Assembly: GCF_006345805.1 (NCBI RefSeq)
Contig: NC_043000.1
Location: 4,030,001 to 4,094,000, forward strand
Source of the DNA: Octopus sinensis
Lineage: Eukaryota
Direction: 5' to 3'
DNA length: 64,000 nucleotides
A program made the translations under genes and the position numbers. Position 1 is the first letter of the stretch. Each line of letters begins with the position of its first letter. Below the pieces are notes generated by a model that was not told the origin of the DNA, did not search any database, and saw only the letters and a program-made list of their open reading frames with translations. Below, piece by piece: positions 1-12,402 of this stretch.

Positions 1-1360
1 TGGAATAATTATCTCTAGAAAGCTATTTAAAATTCTGTGTGGATTCTGGTTTAAATCTTTAAGATGGTGAATTATTTCAGAAACTTAGTAGAAATTCAGT
101 GTATGGAAAGTTAGTCAATAGTGTGTACTGTACTGAAGAAATATATTTATAAAAGATTTACTCTCTAGCCACACTGCCCCAACCGCCATTGCAAAACAAA
201 AATAAATAAATAAATGAATAAAATGAAAGAAAGAAAAAGAGATAAATTTTATAATTAGTGAAGAATATAATGGGTCCTGGAATCTGATTCTGACAGGTAG
301 AGTGGAAGGAAAACTTTCAAATAAAATTTGTTCAATGAAGTATCAAGCAAAGAAATATTTACATGTTGGTGAGTGGTTTACTAATTAGTCTTTCTCTACC
401 TACAGCAATGTTTGTTAGTTTTGAAAGAAATTGTAATTAAAAATAGGCAAACCCAATAAAATTTCGTTTTTCTCACCATTTTTGCAGTCGAATGAAAATA
501 ATGTTTATTGACGTGTTCTTCACTAGAAGTTCACAGGCAGTGCTGTGTGTGTGTGTGTGTGTGTGTTGTGTGTGTGTGTGAGAGAGAGAGAGATAGAAAG
601 AAAGATGGAATGGTTTAGATAGAAATTAAAAATCTAGGAAGCTGCAGAACATTAGTTGAAAACATGTCTAGTGTAGTGGCATAGGATATTTACTAAAAAT
701 ATTACTAAAAACTAAACACTTTATAGCTTTAGAAATACTGTTTATAAGGATATCTTTTGATCAGTGTGTTACCAGTTCTTATTCTGTCAGTTATTTTTTG
801 TAAATTATTATTTCATCAACATCTCCACCACCACCACCACGACTACCACCATCCTCATCATCATGATGTTTGCATTTGCATGTTCGTATAGGATCTGTAG
901 TTTTGCACATTGCCATTAGCCTTAATCGCACATCAACTTGTCTGTAATGCCCGATCATGCTGACATCTAAATTTGACCTTGTATACACCTCATGTGTTCC
1001 TTTAATCATCTTGATCCCCTTTTGACCTTCCATATTATCTGTTCATGCTTGAGTACAATAATATTCATTGTGAGAAGAATAATATTTATTCCTACGGCTA
1101 CAAGGATTCTCAGCCTCATTATCACTGCTATGCCCCCCCTCCTCCATTTATCTATCTCATTGCTTGCTGCTATTAGGAATCGAGGTCAGCTGACTGCCCT
1201 TCAATGATATCCACAAATTTTTTTTAATTGCTAATGTGTTGTGGTTAAAACATGTTTAGTGCAGTGGCATAGCTAAGAGAAGAACAAAGTGAGAAACTGT
1301 TCCCCACAAACATTTTTTCGAAATTGGTGCCTTTCCAACAATCTTTTAAAACTCACTTAA

Positions 1361-1580
1361 CCCTTTGGTGTTCAAATTTCTCTATTAAATGTAATACTTT
1401 TTCACTCAAATTGTTTTGAATTAATCATGCATTACGTTATAGCTTTGAGGTTTCAATGATATGATTGTTTATTTTTAGAGTGTCACTATAGTTTAGGTGT
1501 GAGAGGCTAGATATGGCCAGTTTGAATATAAAACATGTTGAATATTTGGGCCGGATATGGCTGATTTAAACACTAAACGG
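1361..1580. mobile_element. piggyBac-type MITE (family P1)
   Basis: TTAA on both flanks; imperfect TIRs CCCTTTGGTGTT / AACACTAAACGG; body similar to copies at 38.1, 42.4, 56.1 and 61.5 kb. Confidence 0.75.
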
Positions 1581-3754
1581 TTAAGTTCACTTGTGCGATA
1601 AAAGTCAAATCTTTTCGTTGTTAATCACACGGCTTTGGAAGAACTTTCTGGAGTCATTACCTTTATTTGACCAACCTCCAGTGTTTTCAAACTGTCTGTT
1701 CAGTCCTGTGAGATGTGTTGGTGGCTGCTGACATCTGAAGAACCAAGACAAACCCTGACATCAGAACTTCTCAACACTGGACAATCCCATGGAGTTTCAT
1801 CTTTTTCGCAACATACCTGTATCAGTAGTTGTACGTTTCAGACACAATGACAGTTTTACTGAAACTTAAAAATTAATGAATGTAGAATACAAATATTAAA
1901 TAATTAATGAAATATTTTGTGTAATATAAAAAATGGCTAGAAGAATGTCAAGCAAATCTAGTAACCAGTGGATCTAGGAAGTGGGGGCTTCATTTCAGTG
2001 AGTATGTGGGTGGGGAAGGTGCAGTGTGCAATGATGCGGTTGAGAGAAAGGCCCTGAAACAGCATGCATTCTCTCCTGATGACCCCATAAACTTGCTAGC
2101 ATCCAGTGTGTGGAGCTTTCAACTGTTAGTGCTTACATCTGCAAGTAGTTTCCAAAAATGGTACCTTTTTTTTTATGTGCTTGCTCACCCTGACTTTAGA
2201 ACCTGGCTATGCCATTGACTTAGTGTGGTGTAAATACTGAATGTATGAACAACAGGTGTTTATGGACACACACCTCAGCTTTTGTCTTGTTATTCATTAC
2301 AATCATCATCATCACCCTCATCAACATCATGAATACCTAAATAATGTGATTAAATGTCTAAATGATGCTAATTTCAATGGTACTGGTTCTCTTGCAAGCA
2401 TCAGTGTCCTTGTGGATTACAGCCTTATTACCCTCAGTTTTAGAAAAATGTAAAGAGAAAGATTATATTTTGGGATGGTCTTTTTTTCCTTTTTCCCCCC
2501 CTTATTTAATTTTTTTTATTTATCTTTTTATTTGCCAATTAGCCACATGCACTACATACTCATTCTTCACTCCAGCTTTATTATTTTTCTTGTTTTAGCA
2601 CCCTTTGTCTGAAAAAGTTTCGTCACATCCTGTGACCTCTTCAGTGGCTCTTCATCCCATATGTCTCCTCCTGTCCTGTTTAGTCCATTCTGTCTTTCTA
2701 AGATAAATACATAAACATAAAACAAAAGTTCCTGGTTCAAATTTTGTCTGAAATTTTGTCTTCTATGAACACATCCAGAAACGAAGGACTTGATGTCATT
2801 CGGAGATCAAACTAATCAAAATGTAATCTATGTGTATGAAAAAAAAAATTTCTATTTCAAGACGAGGTTGCTTGCCTAAAACATTATCTTCTTATATAGT
2901 GAATATCATATTAATATATAATCATTTCCAAATTTATCAGTTATATCTTCTTTTTTAATAAATATGGAAATCAATTGTTTGTATTTATAATCTCGGGGTG
3001 TATTCATATAATCTTTTGCCAAAAGCACTGACAAGTTTTGTCACTTAATTAAAAAACCTAGGAGCCAAAACAAACCTAGAGCAGGTGGTTTCATGAATAT
3101 TTCAAACAAAACTGATTATTTCGGAGAGGAATTTTTTTCTTTTAATTACTGTGTTGAATTTTTTGGATAATTTTTTTTATTTATTTTTTTCATCTATATA
3201 AAGATGTTGACTTCTATAGACATATTAAAACTTGGTGTGTATAAAGTGTATAATGCTTCCTGTTTAGTCGAGCTGTTGTAACTAAACACTGGTTAATGTA
3301 GTGAATGAATAATGTCATAAGTCTAATCGGTGTATTTCATCTCTCTTAGCATACAACAATGGAACGGAACAGTGGCTTAATCCAGTTCAGTAACATCACT
3401 GTAATATGGCAACATTGTCATTCATGTGTTGACTACAGATTTGCTTTTGGTTTTACTTTGCAATAAAACCAACAAGTGGAAAATATGTGAAGACTTACAT
3501 AACACATCACTGACTACTTTTTGATAAGTTTCTATGAAAGTTATGCTGAGGTTTAGTTCTGGAATGATGGGATGGTGCTTGGTGATGGTGGGAAGGGTAA
3601 ATATATCTTGGCTTCCATTTTATTGGGGATTTTTGTTCTCAAATATTCCAATGACACATTTCTTCATCGTTGGTGCCACAGTCATTATCATAAGCATTGC
3701 TTATAACAGTATCTTGGTTGCTTATAACAGTATCATTGCTCATAACTATATCTT

Positions 3755-5231
3755 ATTTCTTTGCTGCCCACAAGGGGCTACACACAGAGGGGGTAAACAA
3801 GGACAGACAAGTGGATTAAGTCAATTTTATCGACCCCTAGTGCATAACTGGTACTTATTTAATCGACCCCAAAAGGATGAAAGGCAAAGTCGACCTTGGC
3901 GGAATTTGAACTCAGAACGTAGCAGCAGACGAAATATCTATTTCTTTACTACCGACGAGGGGCTAAACACAGAGAAGACAAACAAGGACAGACAAATGGA
4001 TTAAGTCGATTATATCGACCCCGAAAGGATGAAAGGCAAAGTCGACCTTGGCGGAATTTGAACTCAGAACGTAGCGGCAGACGAAATATCTATTTCTTTA
4101 CTACCGACAAGGGGCTAAACACAGAGAAGACAAACAAGGACAGACAAATGGATTAAGTCGATTATATCGACCCCGAAAGGATGAAAGGCAAAGTCGACCT
4201 TGGCGGAATTTGAACTCAGAACGTAGCGGCAGACGAAATATCTATTTCTTTACTACCGACAAGGGGCTAAACACAGAGAAGACAAACAAGGACAGACAAA
4301 TGGATTAAGTCGATTATATCGACCCCGAAAGGATGAAAGGCAAAGTCGACCTTGGCGGAATTTGAACTCAGAACGTAGCGGCAGATAACGAATATCTATT
4401 TCTTTACTACCACGACAAGGGGCTAAACCACAGAGAAGACAAACAAGGACAGACAAATGGATTAAGTCGATTATATCGACCCCGAAAGGATGAAAGGCAA
4501 AGTCGACCTTGGCGGATTTGAACTCAGACGTAGCGGCAGACGAACTATCTATTTCTTTACTACCGACAAGGGGCTAACACAGAGAAGACCAACAAGTACA
4601 GACAAATGGATTAAGTCGATTATCGACCCCGAAAGGATGAAAGGCAAAGTCGACCTTGGCGGATTTGAACTCAGAACGTAGCGGCAGACAAATATCTATT
4701 TCTTTACTACCGACAAGGGGCTAAACAGAGAAGACAAACAAGGACAGACAAATGGATTAAGTCGATTATATCGACCCCGAAAGGATGAAAGGCAAAGTCG
4801 ACCTTGGCGGAATTTGAACTCAGAACGTAGCGGCAGACGAAATATCTATTTCTTTACTTTACTACTGACAGGGGCTAACACAGAGAAGACAAACAAGGAC
4901 AGACAAATGGATTAAGTCGATTATATCGACCCCGAAAGGATGAAAGGCAAAGTCGACCTTGGCGGAATTTGAACTCAGAACGTAGCGGCAGACGAAATAT
5001 CTATTTCTTTACTACCGACAAGGGGCTAAACACAGAGAAGACAAACAAGGACAGACAAATGGATTGAATCGATTATATCGACCCCAGTGTGTAACTGGTA
5101 CTTAATTTATCGACCCCGAAAGGATGAAAGGCAAAGTCGACCTTGGCGGAATTTGAACTCAGAATGTAGCGGCAGACGAAATACCGCTAAGCATTTCGCC
5201 TGGCGTGCTAACGTTTCTGCCAGCTCGTCGT
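3755..5231 (-). mobile_element. tRNA-derived SINE family A (Deu/Nin-like central domain), expanded into a tandem array of ~152-bp units
   Basis: Head with A-box-like TGGCAGAAACG and B-box GAGTTCAAATTCC at the 5.2-kb end; GCCTTTCATCCTTTCGGGGTCGATAAA domain; 8 internal junctions; 13-bp direct repeat ATAACTATATCTT at 3742-3754 and 5235-5247. Confidence 0.85.
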
Positions 5232-5554
5232 CGTATAACTATATCTTGATGAGGTTTATCATTAATATTGTTTTTGATGATGATGATTTCTATAATGAGG
5301 CTGCATACAACTTTATAATGACAGAGTTTGTTTGTTGTTGGTGTTTTTGTTTGTGATAATGATGATGATGATGGCGAAGATTGTAGTCTTATTCTGTAAA
5401 AGATAGATATTGCAGTAAGTACAGCTGTCAACTAAGGGAATGGTGGTGGTGGTGGTGGTGGTTGTGGGGTTGCAGTGGGGTGGATGAGGAGGAGGGAGAG
5501 TAATGACTGGGTTGATAAGGTTAATTTCAGAATTTGATTTCTGTGTTCTGACAG

Positions 5555-5623
5555 CAAGAACAAAAGGAGGCATTTTTGACAGCTTCTATGAATTCTGTTG
5601 ACATGATACCAGTTGTCAGAAAA
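5555..5623 (+). CDS. Candidate internal exon of an unidentified host gene (QEQKEAFLTASMNSVDMIPVVRK)
   Basis: ttctgtgttctgacag acceptor, GTATGT donor, 69 bp, open in phase 0/0; no homology recognised. Confidence 0.4.
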
Positions 5624-6639
5624 GTATGTTTCTGCAGACATCTGTAGAACTAATTGGTAGACAGTGTTTTGTGAATAGCATAGGAGGAAAGAAGACAGCA
5701 TTTGTGAAGTGTCTGTAATTTATCAACTCTAGAGATTTTTAAATTGATAAAATTTGAAGGAGGCAAAATGGTTGGCCGAGAAGATTTTAAGTTATCAGAA
5801 TATGGCTTCATGTTAATGCAATGTTTTTGTTGTGGAAAATGTTTTAGTGATTGGAGAAGAAATGTTTAGGGGGAAAAAAAAAACATGAAATCCTGGATGT
5901 GTAAAATAATTTTCTTGTTGAATGAGATTGACTGTAATGTGATATTTCTGATGATTAGGAGATATCCTTTTGGCATTTTATTTTGTTTTGTTTAATCAAT
6001 TAATCAGTAGCCACAAGCATGTTTATGTGGTTAAGAAATTCACTTCTCAAGCACATGGTTTTAAGTTCAATTCCATTAATCTGCACCTTGAACACCTTGT
6101 CTTCTACCATAATCTCAGGTTGACCAAAGCTTTGTTAAATTTGGCAAAAGCAAACTGTACTGTCTTGATAGGTATATCATGTTAGATATGTCTTGCTTTT
6201 ATGGATCTGGGTGGGTAGAACATTTTTTTCTTCTTTTTATGGGCTAATTGGAGTAGGAGGAAGAAACTGTCCAGGCCATCCAAGGCAAAACCAGTGAGAT
6301 TAACCCAGTTAATGAGACTAGGTTGTCATATCAACATTGAAATATCCTCTCATATTCTCTGTTCATTGAGGCAGTAAAGGTCTGGCATGTGGTGTTTACA
6401 GTGTATTTGTAGATTATGCTTGTGCGTGAAAGATTAAGAAAGGAAGAGTTATATCATCTACACACAATTGTGTTTTGTTGGAAATGAAGGCAAACAGGAT
6501 ATTAATTTACCGAAAGAAAGTCATGGAGATACAATCAAACTTTGAGGTACACTAAATTTGATCTTGTGGGTAGGACAAAGCAGTCTGTGGTGAAAGAGAA
6601 CTTTCTAAAAACAGTGATGAGCAATGAATAAAGTCCATA

Positions 6640-7152
6640 CCTTAAATCCTCGAGTATAATCCGCATTTTCCCCCCCAAATTTAAAGGTCAAAATCCCTAG
6701 TGCATACTATATATGAAGTTAAAAATGAAAATTATTTTCTAAGCAATATCCGAGTCTCTATTTTCTGTCTGGCAATGTTTATTCAGACACATTTTGTGAT
6801 GTTGGGCGCGAAAATATCTTAAGCTAAGCCTGAAAGCAATGAAGTCGTAAAAGAATCATCCATAACTTGCAGTAAGCAACATTTATTAAACGTTATTACT
6901 GTTATTTCTTTATTTTCTGCAAACAAAATGCACAAAAAAAGCTACACGTTTGCATTATGTTATATGTACAATAATAATAAAGGACGTTACCGAATACAGT
7001 TTTACAAACCAAGGACATTATATAGACCTCCTTGACTCAAGTTAGAGAAGGGGTGCATATTATACACAAAGTTTAGGTTTTTCAGAGGTACAGCCCCCTA
7101 AAAATCTCCTGCGTATTATACTCAAGGGAGGACTATACTTGAGGATTTACGG
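6640..7152. mobile_element. Tc1/mariner superfamily (pogo/Tigger-like) MITE
   Basis: TA on both flanks; 23-bp TIRs CCTTAAATCCTCGAGTATAATCC / GGACTATACTTGAGGATTTACGG (20/23 match). Confidence 0.8.
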
Positions 7153-7189
7153 TATGTGTGAGCTGGTTAGCTTTGCTGCTCTCTTGTAG

Positions 7190-7217
7190 GCACTTTTGAA
7201 GATTTTGCTGAAGACAA
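7190..7217 (+). CDS. Candidate micro-exon (ALLKILLKT + 1 nt)
   Basis: ctttgctgctctcttgtag acceptor, GTACAT donor (weak); phase 0 to 1 bridges the 5555 and 10158 candidates. Confidence 0.3.
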
Positions 7218-8929
7218 GTACATTACCATCTCGACCATTGAATGCATTTAGTCGATGTCATTCTATTGCAAGCATTCAGCTCAAATCTTCAGCTTGAAGA
7301 CAGCCTCGTATCTTTCTTATTGCAGCAATCCATGAGTGAGAGTCTCTTCCACTCTGTCACCAGTCTTGCAGGTCTTACAAAAAGATCATGGATACTGGAC
7401 TTCCTCATCTTACTAGGCCATTTAAAAGAAAAATGCACCTAGATATATTCTGCATGTATTATTACTAGCCTAAATCCACAAATAATGTGAAGATTTGGGG
7501 AAGGATTTCTAAACAAAAGACTTTGATACGTTTGTTTGGTTTGTACTGTGTGTGACAAATTATCTTAGCTAAGCCATGATTTAGGAGAAACTGAAAGCTT
7601 GATGTATAGATATAGATATAAAGATAGATAAAAATGTATGTATACATGTATGTATATGAGATAGAAGGAACCGCTTATAAGAACGGCTATTAATAATCTG
7701 ACAAACTAAATCTAACAACAAATTGAATTGTACAATAATTGACAAGAGCAAACGCATGCAGCCTGCTTTCATTTTCTTTAATAATTAGTATGTCTTCAAA
7801 TCATCGTTGTAATTCTTCACAGGTTTACCAATATTAATCAGTCATTTCTCTCTTGTAATCACTTCAGATTTTATCAACAAATTTTGCCTAACACGCACAC
7901 ACATGCACGTATGCACTCTCTCTCTCCCTTTCTCTCTCTCTCTCTCCATATTAGTATCTTCAGAAACAACTGACAGTTTTATATTGTATCAATATTTCAG
8001 TAGACATTTTAGAGCTTCACAGATAATCCAACCTCAATCCACTGCTGTCTTATATTTATTATACTATTAGTTGGATTAATTTAGGTAAGGAATCATGTAA
8101 GTTGTGCTGACCTAGTTTAACAGTACTAAAATCTACCCCCTCCCCTCACACACAGGAATACATGAACAACAGTGTCTCTGAATTCTTTCTGTTGCTTTCT
8201 GAGACAGCTTTTCTGGAGGTTTTCCACTTTGATCAAAAGCAACTATTGTTTCCTCATTCTGGCATCATTTCTATTGTTACTCGATATAAGAATCCACAAA
8301 GTCTTTCAGAAATAAAATATCTTCAACTGAAAGAATCAGATGTTTCCCTTTCTTCTTCTTTGTCATCAATTCTACTTCAAAAAAGAATTCAGAATAAAAG
8401 AGAGCTAGAAGCAGAGAGAGGGAGAGAAAGAGAGAGAGTATAACAAAATAATTGAAATATAGAAACACACTAATTCATTCAGTTTCTATGCAACTGAGAA
8501 TTGGCTAATTAGTATAATCCTTATTTTTTCTTTTGTGTGTGTGTGTGTGTAAGCATGTGTGCGTACATGTCTTAGAAGCATGGGGTTTTGTTATCAAGTT
8601 TTTGGCATCTGTGCTACTTAATTCTTAGCTTTGTTCAATGTGTTGCCTCTCTAGTATCGTACCAATGTCAGTAGTAGCTTAACTAATCATGGAAATGGGA
8701 ATAAGTTTCTCTAATTAGCAGAGTTTCTGCAAATGTTACTTTTGACTTTGTCTTGCTAAATTCTGGTTGGTAGTTTCATCATTCTTTCTTGTTGTTTAAC
8801 CATAAGGTTGGACCTGATTCAGTAAACTTATAACCAAAAATATTCCAGCCAGTCATGACCATCCCTGACATTCCATATTTAGAATTGCATTATCCTGTCC
8901 ATTCTGTACAAGATTTGTACTACCTCTAT

Positions 8930-9590
8930 GCTGGTGTCGCGTAAAAATCACTCTTGCTGATGCTGTGTATAAATCACCTGTGCTGGTTCCTCATGAATCA
9001 CCTGTGCTGGTTCCTCATGAATCACCTGTGCCGGTGTCACATAAATCACCTGTACCCGTGTCACATGAATACCTGTGCCAGCGCCACATGAATCACCTGT
9101 GCTGGTGCCACAGGAATAACCTGTACCGGTACCACATAAATCACCTGTGCTGGTGCCTCATAAATATCACCTGTGCCAGTTCCACATGAATCACCTGTGC
9201 TGGTGTCACATGAATTACCTGTACCAGCGCAATGTGAATCACCTGTGCTGGTGCTACATAAATCACCTGTGCCCGTGTCACATGAATCACCTGTACCAGT
9301 ACCACATGAGTCACCTGTGCCAGTGTCACATAAATCACCTGTGCCGGTGCCACATAACTTACCTGTGCTGGTGTCACATATAAACCACCTGTGCCATGTC
9401 ACATAAATCACCTGTGCTGGTGTCACATAAAAAGCACCCAGTACACTCTGTATAGTCGTTGGTATTAAGAAAGGCATCCAGCCATAGAAACCATGCCAAA
9501 ACAAACGATTAGAGCCTGGCAGCTCTCCAGCTGGCCATCCCCTGTCAAACCATCCAACCCATGCCAGCATAGAAAACAGATGTTAAATGA
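8930..9590 (+). mobile_element. RTE-type 3' end element containing a 24-bp minisatellite (about 19 copies, 8971-9430)
   Basis: Unit AATCACCTGTGCTGGTTCCTCATG followed by the RTE-tail motif ...CATCCAGC...CCAACCCATGCCAGCATAGAAAACAGATGTTAAATGA. Confidence 0.75.
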
Positions 9591-10157
9591 CAAAAATGGT
9601 GGAGATTTGGCTACTTCTTCTAGTAGTTTTGAGTGACCTCACTGAGACTTCCTTATAGGGCTATTGACATGTTTATTTCATTTCAATATGGTCTTTGAAG
9701 AGTTCAGGCTGGGATGAATTCCGCTACACTACTGAGGGTTTAAAGTGGGGATTGATGTTGCAGGTGATGGGGTCATATGGTCTGTGTGTTTGTGATCTCA
9801 CATGGTCTGTTTTCATGTGAAGTGTCACATAGACTTGTGTTTAGTATATGTATGTGAAATATTCTACAGTGTGTATATAAAATAGTGATAATTTTATCGT
9901 CAGTCATCAACCGTCTTCCATGAAGAGAATAGGCAATTCTAAAAACCTGATATTCAATATTCTTTGTTTAAAAATTTCGAGTATAAGACATTAGTTGTAA
10001 CTTCATGATAACAATGTTTTCTGAGTCATTGTATGATCCCATTATGATGTAAAATCCTTATTGCTCCCTTCGGTATCTTATCCATTACTGTACTTTTAGC
10101 ATCTATAATTATTAAATACCAATGTATGACACATGGATCTTGACTTTTTTTCGTCAG

Positions 10158-10186
10158 GTATTTTCACACCTGAAGATTATTTAAAT
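10158..10186 (+). CDS. Candidate micro-exon (xIFTPEDYLN)
   Basis: gactttttttcgtcag acceptor, GTATGA donor, then a 78-bp intron to the next candidate. Confidence 0.45.
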
Positions 10187-10264
10187 GTATGATATTATTC
10201 AGTATCATAATCTAAACTGTTCTTTTACCTGTAATTTATTTATATAAATTTCTCTTTATTTCAG

Positions 10265-10360
10265 GTGAGTACATGGCACATCAAAGACGAAGTAGAATTT
10301 GATGAGTATTTTCCTCTTCTTAAATCTTTTAATCTTCATCACTTGCTTGAAAAAGAATAA
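10265..10360 (+). CDS. Candidate terminal exon (VSTWHIKDEVEFDEYFPLLKSFNLHHLLEKE*), or internal exon if the GA|GTATTT donor is used
   Basis: ataaatttctctttatttcag acceptor, in frame with the preceding micro-exon; TAA at 10358-10360; AATAAA at ~10356 and ~10408. Confidence 0.45.
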   Translation: MSTWHIKDEVEFDEYFPLLKSFNLHHLLEKE

Positions 10361-10721
10361 AATTGCTTCCATTTAATTACAGTATAAAACATCTCTTATT
10401 TTCTATCAATAAATTGATTGCAGTGCAATAACTCTTCTTTTGTTTTTATGACATGATGCTTGCTAGCTAGGATTGAAAAGCTACATAACACACAGTGCCT
10501 TTCTTTGTGTAAATGGTTGACTATAGTCTGTATGAAGGGTTGTAGTGTTTTCTCTCCACTTAAAAGTGTAGGTAAGTTGTGTTGTGGTTAGACATGTAGT
10601 TGCTTCATGTTTAGTAAGATGACCTGAATGGAGAGTCAGAGCTAGAGGGGTGTGGTTCGAGTTATGATTAGGAATAATTTTTTGTTTGTAGACTAATGAA
10701 TAAGCATTTAGTACATGACCT

Positions 10722-10901
10722 ATGAAGAGATGTGTGAGATGTAGAACAAATGAATTGGCAAATGTAGTAATCATAGGAGAAACGAAAGGAAGCCTCATGC
10801 CAGTTGTAAAAGACCATGTGAAAGTAGCTGCACAGTGCATTTGGAATGTAGTAAAATTGGTGTGTGGAGTAGCTGTGTCCAAACCTTGTCTACATGAATA
10901 A
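10722..10901 (+). pseudogene. Possible degenerate GIY-YIG endonuclease remnant of a Penelope-like element
   Basis: 59-codon ORF with CVRC...IIGETKGSLMPVVKDH, resembling CxxC...YIGETxRxLxxRxxEH; key residues substituted. Confidence 0.3.
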
Positions 10902-11424
10902 CTCTTCAGGAATAAAGTATTTTGAGGTACTCAAACAAGTTTAGTCTCTTCAGGAGAGTTTCCAAATTTTAACAAAAATGTGTGTGTGTGTGGAGGGGGG
11001 GATAGTTTAACCCCAGGTCAACCTTAGTTGAGCAGACCTATGATCAATGGCATTCCAGTTGTATCTCTTTTGTTTTCATACATAGGTCTCTTCATAGGTC
11101 ATGAATATTTAGAACTACATTATCCTATTCATTCCATATAAGATTTCTTATAGTAGATTACTTTATTTAATGTATCCTTCCTTTAAAGATAGTTGGGTGT
11201 AATTTGCAAGTTGTTTGGTTACTATTTCTAGCTGGTTGAGCAACTGCATAGCAACTCTTTAGTTGGCTCATGAAAGATGAGATTTTCTAAAATGTAAGTA
11301 ACCATGTAGCCTTTCTACACCAAGAAATTTGTTCTGCTCTGGCCTCTTCTTTGATACTTTAACCCCTCATCTACTAGCATTAAACCCACCTTTTTCGGGG
11401 TTCATTGTCTTGCAAGCTGCACGG

Positions 11425-11710
11425 TAACCAGTGGTGCAATAAGAAACACACAGCCATCTGGTTCGCCAAACCTCAGTCAAATCATCCAACCCATGCTAGC
11501 ATGGAAAGCGGACATTAAACGATGATGATGATGATGTGCACTATAAAGTGGTTGGCATTAAGAAGACATCAAGCTATAGAAACCATGCCGAAGTGGACAA
11601 TGGAGCATGATGCAATTCTTGGAGCATGATGCAATTCTTGAATCCATTACATCTGCCAAATTGTCCAATCCATACCAGCATGGAAAACGGATGTTAAAGG
11701 GTGATGATGA
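11425..11710 (+). mobile_element. Two adjacent RTE-tail fragments
   Basis: CCAACCCATGCTAGCATGGAAAGCGGACATTAAAC(GAT)n motif, then a second degenerate copy. Confidence 0.7.
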
Positions 11711-12402
11711 TAAAATGTGAATAGATGAAGTTTAGAGTAATTGGTATATGTATGAGTATAATCAGTGACTGAATTGGTTGGGAAGACGAGAATGTAACAG
11801 TAAAAGAGTGGGAGAGTCATTTGGGAAAAGAAAGTTTGATGAGACAACAAATTTTAGAAGAAAATCTGGGTTGATTGGATTGGTTTTGAAAATTGTAGAG
11901 AAAAACCTATCAATATTGAATTTCATGCCAGGTTTGATGAAAGTTTTGATAAATTGCTTTCAGCAAGGTGGTGAGGCAATGTAACATTGGAGAATAGTTC
12001 AGTTGGAAGGCTTGTGGTCCTTGGTGAGAGAAAGAGGTTAAATAGTCATTTATTTATTGTTGTGAGTAACATGCAGCTTTAGAGATGTCAAATTGTGGGA
12101 TAGATGTGATGTGTGAATATTTAACAGAAAAATACTCCAATAAACAGAGGAGTTGGGAATAGAAACTTGCATTCTAGACAGCTCAAGGGTTCACTGAGTA
12201 TTAGTTATTAGTCAGTGTATTGATGAGAACTTGCTATGTTATTTCTGTTTAGAATAAGAGAACTTGCAAAAGAGAAGCAGATAGTAGTCAGGTTTAGACC
12301 AGTGGAAGCTTTATAGCAAGGCAGTGAAAATGGATTTTTTTTTTGAAAAGAAAGTTTTATGAATTGATAGAGAAAAATTATTTTTAGGCAAGGTTGTGTC
12401 AT

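Noticed and set aside
250-1200. Very degenerate LINE traces (LILTGRVEGK at ~282; GGIAV endonuclease-like motif on the minus strand near 1130)
   Set aside because: Too short and interrupted to support a call
1661-1734. Minus-strand exon candidate CQQPPTHLTGLNRQFENTGGWSNK, plus candidates at 23165-23200, 57646-57682 and 63346-63438
   Set aside because: Splice signals are good, but the phases do not form a consistent chain and no protein is recognised; chance level in 64 kb
2599-3000. Possible DNA transposon bounded by CACCC...GGGTG
   Set aside because: Only 5 bp of terminal complementarity and no clear TSD
3900-5100. CRISPR-like array of 152-bp units
   Set aside because: No spacers; the units are SINE-derived
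8200-8335. Minus-strand frame VEDILFLKDFVDSYIE...QNEETIVAF
   Set aside because: Three stops within five codons and no recognisable family
8965-9570. Overlapping ORFs such as (VPHESPVL)n and (TGTGDSCD)n
   Set aside because: All frames of a 24-bp minisatellite; no splice or start context
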